From: Parasitella parasitica NRRL 2501
Taxonomy: Eukaryota; Fungi; Mucoromycota
Direction of reading: 5' to 3'
Assembly (NCBI GenBank): GCA_025201805.1
Contig: MU619267.1
Coordinates: forward strand, 191,250-254,968
Length of the DNA stretch: 63,719 bases
The position numbers and the translations under genes are program-made. This document shows, piece after piece, positions 12,490 to 24,739 of this stretch. Every line of letters starts with the position of its first letter. Within the stretch, counting starts at the first letter, position 1. Below the pieces are notes generated by a model. That model was not told the DNA's origin. It ran no database searches and saw only the letters and a program-made list of their open reading frames with translations.

Positions 12490-13229
12490 TATTTTTCTGT
12501 TATTATGCAAATTCAATAAAGTTAAAAAGGGTTGTTGTCTCTGGGGAAGAAAAGAAAAAAAGCTTGGATACTGATTCATTATGATTGTAGCGGCGCATCC
12601 ACGCGAATTTGCGCTTTGACAAATAGACCTGTAATGACGCTAAGAGAACTTCGGTGAATCCATTATCAACACGAATGGAACACAACAAAGGATTGTGAAA
12701 TTATAGCATACTCGTTTCTCGCAAAACAAGCTTGATCCCTATAGATAAAAGCAAAATTCTCGTCTTAGCATGACAGCAGAAATTAAACACGCATAAAAAT
12801 AATATTGAAGTTCAATTTCCTTATGAAAAAAAAGTGGATTTGAATGATGCATTTGACAATGCCCGTTGCTTAAGTTGGTATATTACAGTACGATCATCCA
12901 AAAGAACCTCTGAAGCTAAAAAGTGTATTTTCTTCAACAACAAAATGGTACGTTATATCCAAGCTGAACTTGTATCTTGAACGTTAGCTGTTTTATGAGA
13001 TTAGTTCTCTTAATTCTCAATTTTGTGTTTGATATGGTACACTAATTATGTAAAACCACATTCATTTTTGCTAAATATAAAGTTATCAAAAGTAAGCTTA
13101 AAGCCCCAGAGTTTAGAAACCAAAAATCACAGCTTAAGCATGCAATACTGCCACATATGCTTTAGACATTAGTAAACATCCGGGCCAAGGCAGAAAGTAC
13201 AACACATTTACTGACATTTTGAAAGTGAT

Positions 13230-13660
13230 TTGTTGCCCCCCCCCCCCTATAATGAATCTTCGATAATGATTCTTCGAAACATCGATCCTGCTGCCAGCCT
13301 GTGCAATGGCACAAGACCAAATTCTGAGTTCCGTTGGGCTATACATCTGCCATGTCATGTCATGTCATGTTTTGGATGTGTGTTAGAACACCACGATCAT
13401 CGAAATTGATGGATTCTTCGGATATCTCTCAAATACAACATCATGATGGCAAATTACCAATAATATTGTATTCCGAGAAGTTTCTGACTAGTAAAGAAAG
13501 TTTTTACTTCGATTGTTCGCATTGGGTTATGGGACAGCCCGCTGCAGGCGCAAACTGTGCACCCCTCCCGCATTAGAGCAAAGGTCCAAAAAATCACTTC
13601 AGCGAGGCGAAGGGCGAGTTTTTTACCATAGTAAGGGGGGTTGGGATAAATGATAGATCG
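13230..13660. mobile_element. Probable MITE-like non-autonomous element
   Basis: Imperfect inverted ends (C-run CTATAATG at ~13237; CCATAGTAAGGGGGGTTGGG at ~13626) and a GC-rich subterminal block in AT-rich DNA. No TSD identified. Confidence 0.3.
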
Positions 13661-14698
13661 TAATATTTGAAATTGTTATGCTTTAAAGCTTAAAGAATTT
13701 TAAAAATAGAATCAGGTAAAAAGACTATTTCACAAAATCTAGGTTGGTCTTTGTTAAACTTTTGTTTCTACCGATGACTATTTGACAAGACTGAATTATC
13801 AGATAAATTCCCTCATTTTTTTAAAAATCATTGACGCATCCATCTAAATGCTTAATCAACATCCATGTCATCATTCTAGGCAACATCTGGCTCTGTATCA
13901 CAATATCTTACTTGACACACATTGCCATTATTGTTTGTCAGATCTCCTTGTCAAATTTCCTCCATAATAATCACTCTTACCTGATTACCTGCATTTCTCA
14001 ATAATTCATTGATAGTTTATTTGGTTGAATTAAACTTATCTGCGTTAATATAACGGTGTTCAAGGTTATACACAGTTTTCAGGTTTCTTTGAATGAATAA
14101 AGTAAAGTACTTTCATATACAAACAAATAAGCACGTGATCCACTTTAAAACTTCGACATTCAAAAACGTGAAACTGTTTTTGTAGATAACTTTTGATAGA
14201 GACATTGGCCAGTGGAAAGCAAGTTATGCTCAGATAGCGCCAAGTTAGCGCTAAGGTTTTCAAGTTAGATTGCGGTTCTACAATCATTATAGCAGAAGTA
14301 AAGGGAAAATATCTGATATTTATGCTGACTACTGAAAATAAAACTGTTTTTACTGATAATTTTTGGTAGGCACGTCGGCCAAGGAAAATCAAGCTTTCTG
14401 ATGCTATGTTACTGCACGTACTGTAGTTGGTATTATTTACATCCTGATAATGTTAACCTGAAATAAAATCGATTTTTACCAAAAATTAATGAAGCAGATT
14501 AGAGTAGCAGACATGGACAAAACGATTCAGAAAAGCAGATTTACATATTTATCAACAAAAATGCTATTATCATTAAAAGCAATTTATATTCCTCCGAAAT
14601 ACAAAAAATGACAAGGAGGGGAGGGGAGGGGAGGGGATATTATAAGAATGGAAAAAGAAAAACAAAAGATATAATTTACTCGATCGCTATGATGTGAT

Positions 14699-16104
14699 TT
14701 ACTCAAAGCCGTTGTAGATGAGAAGGTTGGGAGTCTTCGCAGGGAGTTCCTCAAATACATTGCGAGTAGCCAATTCAAGAACTTGCATCTTAATTTCCTT
14801 AGGGCTAGTACCTTCTGGTGCTTGTGCCAAGAGATAGGCGGCAAGACCAGCAACATGGGGAGAGGCCATGGAAGTACCAGAAATAGTGTTGGTGGCATGA
14901 TCATTGGTGTTCCAGATGGATTCAATATTCAAACCGGGAGCAAATACATCAACACATTCACCAAAGTTGGAGAAATATGCACGCTCATCAAAAATAGTGG
15001 AAGCACCGACAGTGATAGCCTTTTCAGCACGAGCAGGAGAATAGTTACTGCAGAAGGAAAAATAAATACTTGATGCAACTTCAAATATACTAAAGGCTTA
15101 CCAGGCATCCTTATTGTCATTACCAGCAGCAACAGCAAACACAAGGCCAGCGTCAACAGCACCGTTTACGGTGGCATCCAAAGAAGGAGATTTGCCGCCA
15201 CCCAAACTCATGTTAGCAACAGAACCCTTGAAAGGCTTCTTGGCTTCCGCAGCAGCCTTCTTTTCTTTAAGGAATTCGCTGGTAGCCCAATCAACACCTT
15301 TGACGACATCAGACATACTACCACTGCCGTTTGAAGCCAATACTTTGACAGCGACAGGGATCGATTTCTTGGCTACGCCGTACTTCTTTCCTCCGATAGT
15401 GCCTGCACAATGAGAACTAAATTGGGGATTGTTTAACATCAAACATCCAAACAATGCAAATTTCAAAATTTAATTTACCCGTGACCATTGCCATCGACAT
15501 CTTCATCATTTCTGGGGATAGTCTTACCCCAAATAGCTCTACCATTAAAGTCAACATGTTTTGTGTTGATACCGGTGTCAATGACGTAAACCTTAACACC
15601 CTCGCCAGCAGTGTCAGCGTTATAATTGTATTTGTTAAAGTTGCGGAGGGAGAGACGATCACGTGTAGAGATACGAGCAAGGCCCCAGGGAGCGCCGCGT
15701 TGCAGCTCGCTGGCGTAAACAACAGAGTCTTCTTCGACAAAGGCAACTTCATCTGATTGACGGATGGCATCCAAAAGCTTCTTATCAAATCTACCAGAGT
15801 AACCCTTGAAATTAGGCATGTCATAAACGTGATTGATACCATGGTTAAATTCATTCAAATAATCGCCGTTGTTGGAGGCATGAGCAGCAGACATGCTGCT
15901 GATCCATTCAGCATGATTTTCGATTTGCATGGCGTCTAAATCACTTTTGAGAACGACGATATAGGAACCACGAACGGTTTCTGTTTCGGCAGGAGCATAC
16001 AAGGGTGCTACGGAACCATCATTGAAGGATGTAGGATTCACCATGGGAACGGCAGTGGCATAACCAGCCATTACCAAGGCAGCGGTCAGAATAGAGAACT
16101 TCAT
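14699..16104 (-). CDS. Subtilisin-like S8 serine protease (proteinase B/cerevisin type) with signal peptide and I9 propeptide; 3 exons
   Basis: MKFSILTAALV signal peptide and catalytic triad motifs VIDTG, HG(S)HCAGT, AAGN and ISGTSMASPHVAG. Confidence 0.95.
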
Positions 16105-16119
16105 AGTGAACTGTGTTAA

Positions 16120-16174
<55 letters not shown>

Positions 16175-16934
16175 AAAGGAAAAGAGATGAAAAGAATAGG
16201 GAAATTGGGAAATCTCCTCCTTTTTCATGCTTTTTCTACTTGTTTCGCAATAAGGGAATTTTCTTCAGTGATTGGTCAATGTGATGTCATTGGAAATCAG
16301 TCAGTTGATGAGTCTACAGCAAAGTGTGGGTGCCGGTGCATGTATTTTCATGGTTTGTGGATTGATCATCTATTATTTCGAAATGCGTTTCATCTACAAT
16401 TCGAGCGATAAACAATACGGGGTAGGATTACATGTTTGAACGAACATAACCGAGAGAACTGAAGTGACATCACATTAAACGTATCCAACATCCACCTTTC
16501 TTGTATTGCCCTTGATAGTATCTACAATATGGCAGTTGAGGATCTCACGGCTATTAATAGATAATCCCCTTCTTTTTTTTTAATGCTGGCTTGATTAATA
16601 TTCTCACATGAGGTGTGTCACTTGCTAACAAATTATCAGAGCACTATATAAAGAAAGGTGCCCGGTAGTAAATTACTCTATGATACAAATAGCCGATAAA
16701 TTATTATAAAACTTTTGATAGCGAGGATACTCCATTTAAGAGCGTACAAATTTCCCACATTCCGCCAACTAAGTTTTTCAAACGTAATCTTGCGATGACA
16801 ATAGATCATTTAACTAGTTCGGTCTGTGGTATAACGGTTCCGCAAATTTTTGCAGTTCATAGCTGCCATCAACTGAACATCTTCTCAATAGGAGGAAGCA
16901 GCGACTGGATGCCAAAAGCTGTCCATTTAAATAA

Positions 16935-17850
16935 ATGATGCCACTTTACGTCGTACACATTACTTTTGAATACTCATGGCGATTATACATGGAGCAGCCA
17001 TTGTCGCCGAATATAAGACGTTGATAATTTGACAGGAGTGAAGTCTTGCAATGTTTTCGGGGTTGCTGATCTCGCAAGTGCATCACTGCGCAGATCTTCT
17101 TCGGTTTTGCTGGCGATTCTGGAATAGATGCCGTCCAACAATTCAAAATTAGCCTATGTGTATGACAGGTAAACATCACACAAATATGCACAGCATGTAT
17201 GAGCGAACTTACAAGCCATCTCATTTAAATAATTATTTCGCTACATTCTTGAAGATGGGATCACATACGCATGTACGACCAATGAATCCTTTGGCCACTG
17301 TTTATGCTGTATTCTTCTCAGGACATTCAATCAAACTTCTCACTTCGTACACTACATGACAGATTTCAGATGTACCTGTTTACGGCATGAGCGCCTTCAA
17401 TAAAGTGACTGAGAAACAGATGAGCTTTTACAGCAACAGTAAAAACGCTGAGATGCTTAAGCAAGTATAAGGCAGAACTGATCAAGTCAAAGGCATAATG
17501 GAGCACAATACCTGAGCGAGCGCTGGAAAGAGGTGAGCGTATAGACATCCAGTCGACAAAACAGACGGGCTTGGCCAGCGGCCATTTGCCTTTAAAAAGA
17601 GAAGCATTTCACTAACGCTAGAATTTGTCAAAGTATTATAAAAATGATGATAATATTCGTTACTTTAAAGCATTCCTATTAAAGAACAATGTGGTGGAAA
17701 AATACCAAAATTGTGATGGCAATGATTGCATTCGTACTAGTAGTACATATAACATTGACCAAAGTAGTAGACTCCCAACACCAACCGTAGTTTGTCACAG
17801 CCTATTCTTCTCCTATTCATGTATATTTATTCACGCTGGGAGCGACCCTA
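16935..17850 (+). pseudogene. VAMP7: Decayed VAMP7 (longin R-SNARE) gene retaining introns
   Basis: Cross-frame translation gives AILE*MPSNNSKLAYVYD, EDGITYACTTNESFGH, YGMSAFNKVTEKQMSFYS, KQV*GRTDQVKGIMEHN, ERALERGERIDI, VDKTDGL, FAFKKRS and MWWKNTK. Stops at 17125, 17357 and 17468 plus frameshifts. Confidence 0.85.
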
Positions 17851-18079
17851 TTGCTACTGCTAGTATTTCGTTGTCAATTTATAAAACTATTCATTGTACA
17901 TAATTGTATTGTGTGCATATATACATAGTGCTCTTTTATTAATGCGCATTTACTACTTAAAAAAAAAAAGATAAAAGAAAGCATAACAAGAAGTACTATA
18001 TCAATTATTGTATGATATATTAGAAAGAAAAGGTATACAGGATATAAGATGTGAAAAGTGTATAATTAAGTTGTGTGTT

Positions 18080-19327
18080 CTATTTGTTAGGAGATGATGC
18101 AAGTTTCTTGGCAGCTAATGATTTCAAAGTGAGAACAACAGCTTTTGTAAGTGGTTCACGGATTCCCATAGATGAAGACAGCAATAAAGCATGCTGGATA
18201 CAATCCTTGGAGGTTTCAAGGGTTAGTACCAGAGGGATCATATCCAAGAAGCCGTGGTTTGCAGCATAAAGAAAAGAAGGGTTCTGGCCATTGGATAAAC
18301 AAGGATTAGCTCCTGCTGCTGATAATTCACGGACCATATCAATTTTACGTTGTTGGACAGCATTAAGAATACTTTCATGGTCAATAATGCATCCACGTTT
18401 GATCAATAGCTGAAGACAATCAATGCGATTCCATACAACAGCCAGTGATACAAGGCCAGGTGTGCGCTGATGTGGGGGATTCTTTAAAGTGGAATCCAGG
18501 TCTAATAGCATTTGCAGCGTCCCTGTAAAACCGGTGACAATAGCCAACTCAATGGTGCTGCGATTATCCAGTGTATTCTGAAACCAAAGCATGTCGATTT
18601 GGCTTGGATTGTTGTCGTGGCGTTTGCGTTTTGATAAGAGTAAAGAGACGCATTGTTGGAAGCCATGTTGAACAGCTGTATGGATAGCAAGACGGCCCTT
18701 AGAAATGAGATCAGTGCGAGCACCAGCCGATAATAAAATCCTTAGACATTCAGTTTGATTTGCTTGTGTTGCACAATGAACTGCTGTTTGGCCTTGGTTG
18801 TCTATAGTATTGATGTCGATGTCTGGATGCTGCAATAATAGCTCGACTCCTTCTGCAAAGCCAATGATACAAGCCTCATGCAATGCTGTCGAATTATTTG
18901 GTCCAGTCTTCAAGTTAATGTCTAAATGAACTAGGCTCAGTAGGCTTTGGATGGCTTCTGTCGAACGGCCGATGCAAGCCCAGCTCAAAAGCGATCGCTT
19001 GAATTGTGCATCGCATGTGTTTGGTGATCCCTTCTGATTCAAGAATGTTTTCAAGCAGTTCAAATCAAACTTCTGTTTCTTGCCGACTGTAGTAGGTTCA
19101 TTGTTGTTCAAAAATGAGATGGAATAGGCACGTTTTCTTTTATGTTCAATGGGCTGTGAGTCGATGGGCGATGTTGGAGGTGTTGGTAAAGCTGATTTCT
19201 TTTCGCTGCTCGAATTAGCTCTTGTTGTTGCTGTTGCTGAAGCTGTAGTCGCGCTAGTAGCATTTGTAGTAGTAGCAGAAGTAGTCGAAGTATTGGAAGT
19301 GGCAGTAGTAGTGTCAATCGCTTGCAT
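18080..19327 (-). CDS. Ankyrin-repeat protein with Thr/Ser-rich N-terminus and basic NLS-like patches
   Basis: 415-aa single ORF with ankyrin repeats (TALHEAC, TAVHCAT, LAIHTAV), KRKR and KKQK, and a TATAAATA box at ~19390 on the minus strand. Confidence 0.9.
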   Translation of the reverse strand: MQAIDTTTATSNTSTTSATTTNATSATTASATATTRANSSSEKKSALPTPPTSPIDSQPIEHKRKRAYSISFLNNNEPTTVGKKQKFDLNCLKTFLNQKGSPNTCDAQFKRSLLSWACIGRSTEAIQSLLSLVHLDINLKTGPNNSTALHEACIIGFAEGVELLLQHPDIDINTIDNQGQTAVHCATQANQTECLRILLSAGARTDLISKGRLAIHTAVQHGFQQCVSLLLSKRKRHDNNPSQIDMLWFQNTLDNRSTIELAIVTGFTGTLQMLLDLDSTLKNPPHQRTPGLVSLAVVWNRIDCLQLLIKRGCIIDHESILNAVQQRKIDMVRELSAAGANPCLSNGQNPSFLYAANHGFLDMIPLVLTLETSKDCIQHALLLSSSMGIREPLTKAVVLTLKSLAAKKLASSPNK

Positions 19328-19447
19328 ATTGAATTAAATTTCTGTTTAAACAAAAAGAACGAAAGCTTTGTTGCAAAAAAATAACTTATTTATAGTTAAA
19401 AAAAAAGATCGACATGAAATTATAGAAATCATTTGAACAGCAGCACT

Positions 19448-20166
19448 CTTGGCACAAATAACCAATGTCGAGAAAGAAGATTAAATGTCTTGGCAACCTG
19501 CAAACTCCAAATCTAGTGTCCCCTTTATTTTTGATTCATCGCCATATTCATGGAGTCGTTTTATAGCGTATTTGAGCTAAATAGGCCACAGTTTCACTAT
19601 GGACACCATGCTCTAATTTTTTGTTTTGTTTGGATTTATAAATGTTACAGTCTAAAATGGTCGTACAAAACGATGTGTTGGAAAGGAGATGCAATTTCAT
19701 TACCAAAGCTTTGTTGTCAGAGCATAATATATATGAAGCGTGCCTCTCCTTCTTCTAGTACCTTGGCATCAAACATCTAAATAAAGTCTAGTAAATAGAC
19801 ATGCATCTAGCGTTATATAATCCCTTATGTGTGGCATTCCGAGAGTCTTTTTTATTGGACCTTAAATGGAATGCCACTAGGTTTTGTTTATGATCCTTCA
19901 GATTCAACAGATGACATTCCCACCCTATTTAGTCGTTTAATCTATATCTAGATCAACGTCCGTAAAAAGTGTTTCTTTCATGGTTCAAGGAAAGCAAATC
20001 GTGATTGCCAAGTATTCACTGTGTATTTGTTTCCATGGCAACTTGCCATATCTATATACAGCTCATATGCTAATGGTTCATAACGAGCGCCTACACTGCC
20101 CAGACTGTGTCATAAACTGAGTCAGTAAAAATAATCAAACTTGGCCCCGTTAGCGGCATTGCCAAG
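19448..20166. promoter_or_regulatory. Cluster of six GCCAAG (PacC/Rim101 consensus) sites upstream of the ankyrin gene
   Basis: GCCAAG or CTTGGC at 19448, 19489, 19762, 20007, 20140 and 20161. GCCARG is the established PacC site in Aspergillus; function here is inferred. Confidence 0.5.
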
Positions 20167-20193
20167 GATGCTTACACAGATATTTCCTAATAG

Positions 20194-20258
<65 letters not shown>

Positions 20259-21427
20259 ATGTATTCAAGGCTTCACCAGAACGCAACGCCTATTCTATAC
20301 TATGTGATGCACAGCAAAGTTAGTTAGAAGTTCGGTTCGGTAACATTCAAAATTTTTGAGTCAAGAAATTCTTTTTTTTTTGTGGACGTGTAAATTAAAA
20401 AGTGCTTGGTCTCTATACCAAGATAAGCGTAAAAGCCATTGCTTCACTACACAGTATACACCTTGATGTCGAGCTTTTTTTTTCAACGCTTTACATGTAA
20501 GTTTAACAATCATTAAAATTAATAGGTTTTGATCAAGTTTTTGCCTTTCCTCTCTGGCAAATCACCCCTGTCGATGCGCATCGTTTCATTGAACAGGTTT
20601 CCAAAGTCAAGGAATTATGGAAATTAAAATAAAGCTAGATCAACTTTGCAAATGTTGATTATTCTTTGGTACAATTCAAAATTGCACTTTTCTGTAGAAG
20701 AAGAAAAACTGGATATAGCCGATTTATAAAGAAACCAAGCATGTTACTCTTTTTAAGTAGTTTTAGGTAGTTAAATGTCCAGAAAAAGGCATCGTGTTTC
20801 TACTCTGTCAAATCGTCTGAGATGATCAACAGAATTTGAAGCACCCTTTAAAAAAGCTGCAATCAGCACCGAATGCAGAATTTCTGTTGTTTTAAAGCCA
20901 ACTAATACACATACAAAGTAGGATATTTAATGCATCAAAGTTAGGATTTTACCTTTATACGAGGACAATTACAACTGATTATTCCATATACTGTAAAAAG
21001 CAGCAAACAGCAGTAGTGGTAATAGTAAATTTGCATGGTTTTAATAAAAACCACTGCCTAGTTTAAAGATTTATTCAAGCTTCAAAGCTTAACATACGGG
21101 GCAATCACCTTCGTAGTATCTCCTGTATCTGTTAATACTTTTTACATACGAAAAAAGGCCATGTATGTCAGTTTTTAGCGCAAGATATGTATTTAAACTG
21201 AATACTCTTTACGTTTGCACATAATAATTTTTATGAATCAATATGGGATCGTTTTCAAACAATGAAGCTTGATCAAATCAGCCCTATTATTTCATTTAGA
21301 TAATTCATTCAGTGTAACGTTGCTACAGTGTTAAAAGCCACACCAGAACACTTAAATAATGGAACCTTGCTAAGCAAGCACTCTATTTCTTTTTTCCATC
21401 TCGTCTGTATTTTGCTACAATCATAGC

Positions 21428-22351
21428 ATGGGGAAACAATACAGTGATAAAATATGTTGCTGCATACCTACTCGACTTGGTGTTCTGCTGATGTCGACTA
21501 TCATCTTTGTAAGCTCAAACGTAATTACTGCTCAAGCTTTTCTAACGTAATTTTTAGAGTATCTATCTTGTTTTAACAGTGTTGATGTTTTTCTACAAGC
21601 AAGGTAGTGTAAATTCTTACATTTAAAGCGGATCACTGATAGATTTTAAATGGGATCAACAATTTATACATAGATTTGCAAAAGTGGTCAACTTTGCAGA
21701 GTAATGTCGATGCACCGCTGACTATTGAAGCTTTCAATGGGTTATTTCATGCATTTTCAATTATATTTATTGTATATTCCGTTGTGTCCATTATGGGTAT
21801 TATTTCAATTGCTGTGGTAAGTGTGTACGCATATACTTCAGAAACATGTCTAAATAAAAACAAAAAATTGTATATCTAGCAACATAGAAGAATGGTTCGC
21901 ATATATCATGTAGCAAATTGGTTCTTTGTATTATTACTACTTACAGTTACAGTCGCATTTTGGATATACTTTAAAGTAAAACAAGATAGCTACGTGAATG
22001 ATTGTCAAACTCTACGAAACATTCAAAACAACAGTACTTCGGATCCTTTCTATAAGTCGATCCAAATACCCGGTAAACAGATAGTGGCAGGAGGATCTGA
22101 TAAATCAGAGTGCATTCAATTTATTAGACGCTTGGTGATTGCTTCTGGTGTGTTGACATTTGTTTGCAACATTATACAGGTAGTATATAGAGTATATAGT
22201 TTCTTTGGTATATAAATAATACTAATTCGTTTTTAAGTTATATTGGGCACGATCTATTGGAGTGTACGCTACTTCATTGAAAAGGCATTACCAGCACAGA
22301 CGCCTACAGGTACACGATGACGATGATTTGATCTCTACAAGAAGCGTTTAA
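21428..22351 (+). CDS. Four-TM membrane protein (tetraspanin-like topology); multi-exon
   Basis: MGKQYSDKICCCIPTRLGV start, four hydrophobic segments, Cys-containing loop and GT-AG introns. Confidence 0.7.
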
Positions 22352-22573
22352 ATAGCCACCAAAAATGATACCCACCTTACTAGCACCACATCTTGTTCTT
22401 TTTATTGCAGCTTAGATAATAAAGTTACTTTTATTTATTTTTGCTCAAGTATTGCTGTAGTTTCATTCAAACATGTGCCGTTGATATAAACTTTGAGCGG
22501 GGTTATGTACCTTTTAAGCTTTATAGATGTAATTATTCCATCACCCAAATATTCCACGTTTTTCAATAATAAT

Positions 22574-24275
22574 ATGTCAGACACTAATTTTATTGCTGTT
22601 CATGTCGGTGCAGGTACGAATCAATACTTTGATATACTAACGTGTATAATATTCAAGCAATTTTTTCAATCAAGGGTATTTATCACGGACAAAAGAGACA
22701 AAATACACGTCTGCTTGCAAGAGGTAAGTCTTTTCTCTGCTTGAATCAACGGCTCTCACAATATACGGTTGGATCAGAGCATGTACCCATGCTATGGACA
22801 TTCTGAAGCAGGGTGGTTCATCAATTCAAGCTGTTACGGAGGCAATCAAGCAATTAGAAGTAGGTATATGTTGTGATGTTTGACATGAAACTTCCAGTTC
22901 ACCTAGTATCGCAGAACGACCCTAGCACAAATGCAGGCTATGGATCAAATTTATGTTTGACAGGTAAAGTCGAGTGTGATGCAAGTTTGATGACCGGGAA
23001 AAATGGTACTTTTGGTGCTGTTGGCGCTGTCAGTGGTCTACGAAACCCTATTGAAACACCATTCCAGATGGTTGCTGAGGCAGAGAGAGGATTGCTATCT
23101 TTAGGGCGAATTCCTCCAATGCAAGTATCTTCATTGACGCTATTCCCAATTATCGGTAATTCGATTAATATATATAGTTAGGTTTCTCGCAGGAGAAGGG
23201 GCCAAAAATTGGGCTAAAAGTCGTAAAATTGCTACAATCGAAGACGATGATTTAATCGAACGTAAATTTTGTGCATTTTTTATTATCATATTACTTGTAA
23301 GACTACTGACAAGGCTACGGTAGCAAATGCGCATAACACATATCTAAAACATATACAAATGCTTGTTGAAGAGCAGCAATCGCAAACCACAGATCTGGGG
23401 CATGATACTGTTGGCGCCATTTGTATTGACAACAAAGGAGACATAGCTGCCGGGGTCAGTAGTGGAGGGATATCATTAAAGTCGCCAGGGAGAGTAGGAG
23501 AGGTAAGTTTTCTGTGTTTGTATCTGCCTGAGACATGCCAACATAAACTACACAACAGGCTGCTATGTATGGAAGTGGCTGCTGGGCTCAGAATGAGCGA
23601 GATAACCTGCCAGGTGTGGCATGCAGCACAACAGGTAAGTACTGGAACTCAATCATCTTTTTTAGCATTTTTGTAAAAGGCAGGTGTCAGGAACCGGGGA
23701 GCAAATTATGCGAACCATGTTTACATACAAATGCATAGACCGTCTTTTGAAAGAGGATGATATTCAAGTAGCTGTAATAGACACATTAAATAAAGACTTT
23801 CTTGGTATGTGGCTATCATTTGATCACTATACTGCAGGCAATCACATCATACCTGCTTTCTCTTCTTTTTATCACAGAATCTCCAATGCTTGATATGTAT
23901 GATCAGAAATCAGTTGGCACTATTGCCTTACGATCACAGAAATCACACGGCAAAACAAGTAATAGTTCTATTACATGCAGATCAATTAACCGCTGAAAAT
24001 ATGTACATTTTAGGAGTTGAATTCTGGTTTGGACATGTTACCGACGATATGGTATAAAAACATTACTCATACTTTTGAAGCCTTTACTATATAATGCTAA
24101 GATATTGATTTTAGGGAATTGGATACTTTTCTGGTAAAATGAAGAACGCAAAAGTAAGAATATTTGTAATGGGTACACATCGAACCCGGGAAAACTAATG
24201 GTTTTCTAGGCTTTTATTTCAAGAAAGTCATCGTCAAGCGACAAGACTGTGTCTCGTGGCTGGTTGGTACTCTAA
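22574..24275 (+). CDS. TASP1: Threonine aspartase 1 (taspase, Ntn hydrolase); many exons
   Basis: [38 protein letters not shown], nucleophile motif [23 protein letters not shown] and GTGEQI. One GC-AG intron (23121-23181). Confidence 0.9.
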
Positions 24276-24739
24276 ATCATTGACAATGCCCTCTTTATTG
24301 ATCTTATGTGCTATGCAAGAGTGAGATAAATTGAGAGACTAGTTTATAATCCACACAGAAAAGTTTCATAAAAGGCTGTATGTTTACACACTTCTTTAAT
24401 GAGTTCATCAGTCCTGACGCTGTTACAGCGTCTCCTTATTTAAACCAGCTTTCGAATGTTGAGTGTAGTGCTATGGGGATATATTTTTTTAAAAACGTAT
24501 CAAATGAAGATAAATAATTGGAAATATCGAACCTGATAAAGTCGTTATATGTGTACAAATAATCACAATTTTAAGCTTATAAATGTTCTCCAGGCTAATG
24601 TGGCATGAACTCGATTAAGCCACATAAACAGTTTTGATATTTGTGATTCAAAATCATTTGTTTAAAATCTCCAGGAAAAAAGTAATATCAGTGTATAGCA
24701 TATACAAAAAAAAAACAAGTTTATTCAAAACTACTAATC

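Noticed and set aside
12867-13140. 11-bp imperfect inverted repeat (TGCTTAAGTTG / CAGCTTAAGCA), possible MITE
   Set aside because: Core is a palindrome, with no TSD and no second copy in the window.
13650-14070. Faint Tc1/mariner-like peptide scraps on the minus strand
   Set aside because: Too degenerate; no DDE motif could be assembled.
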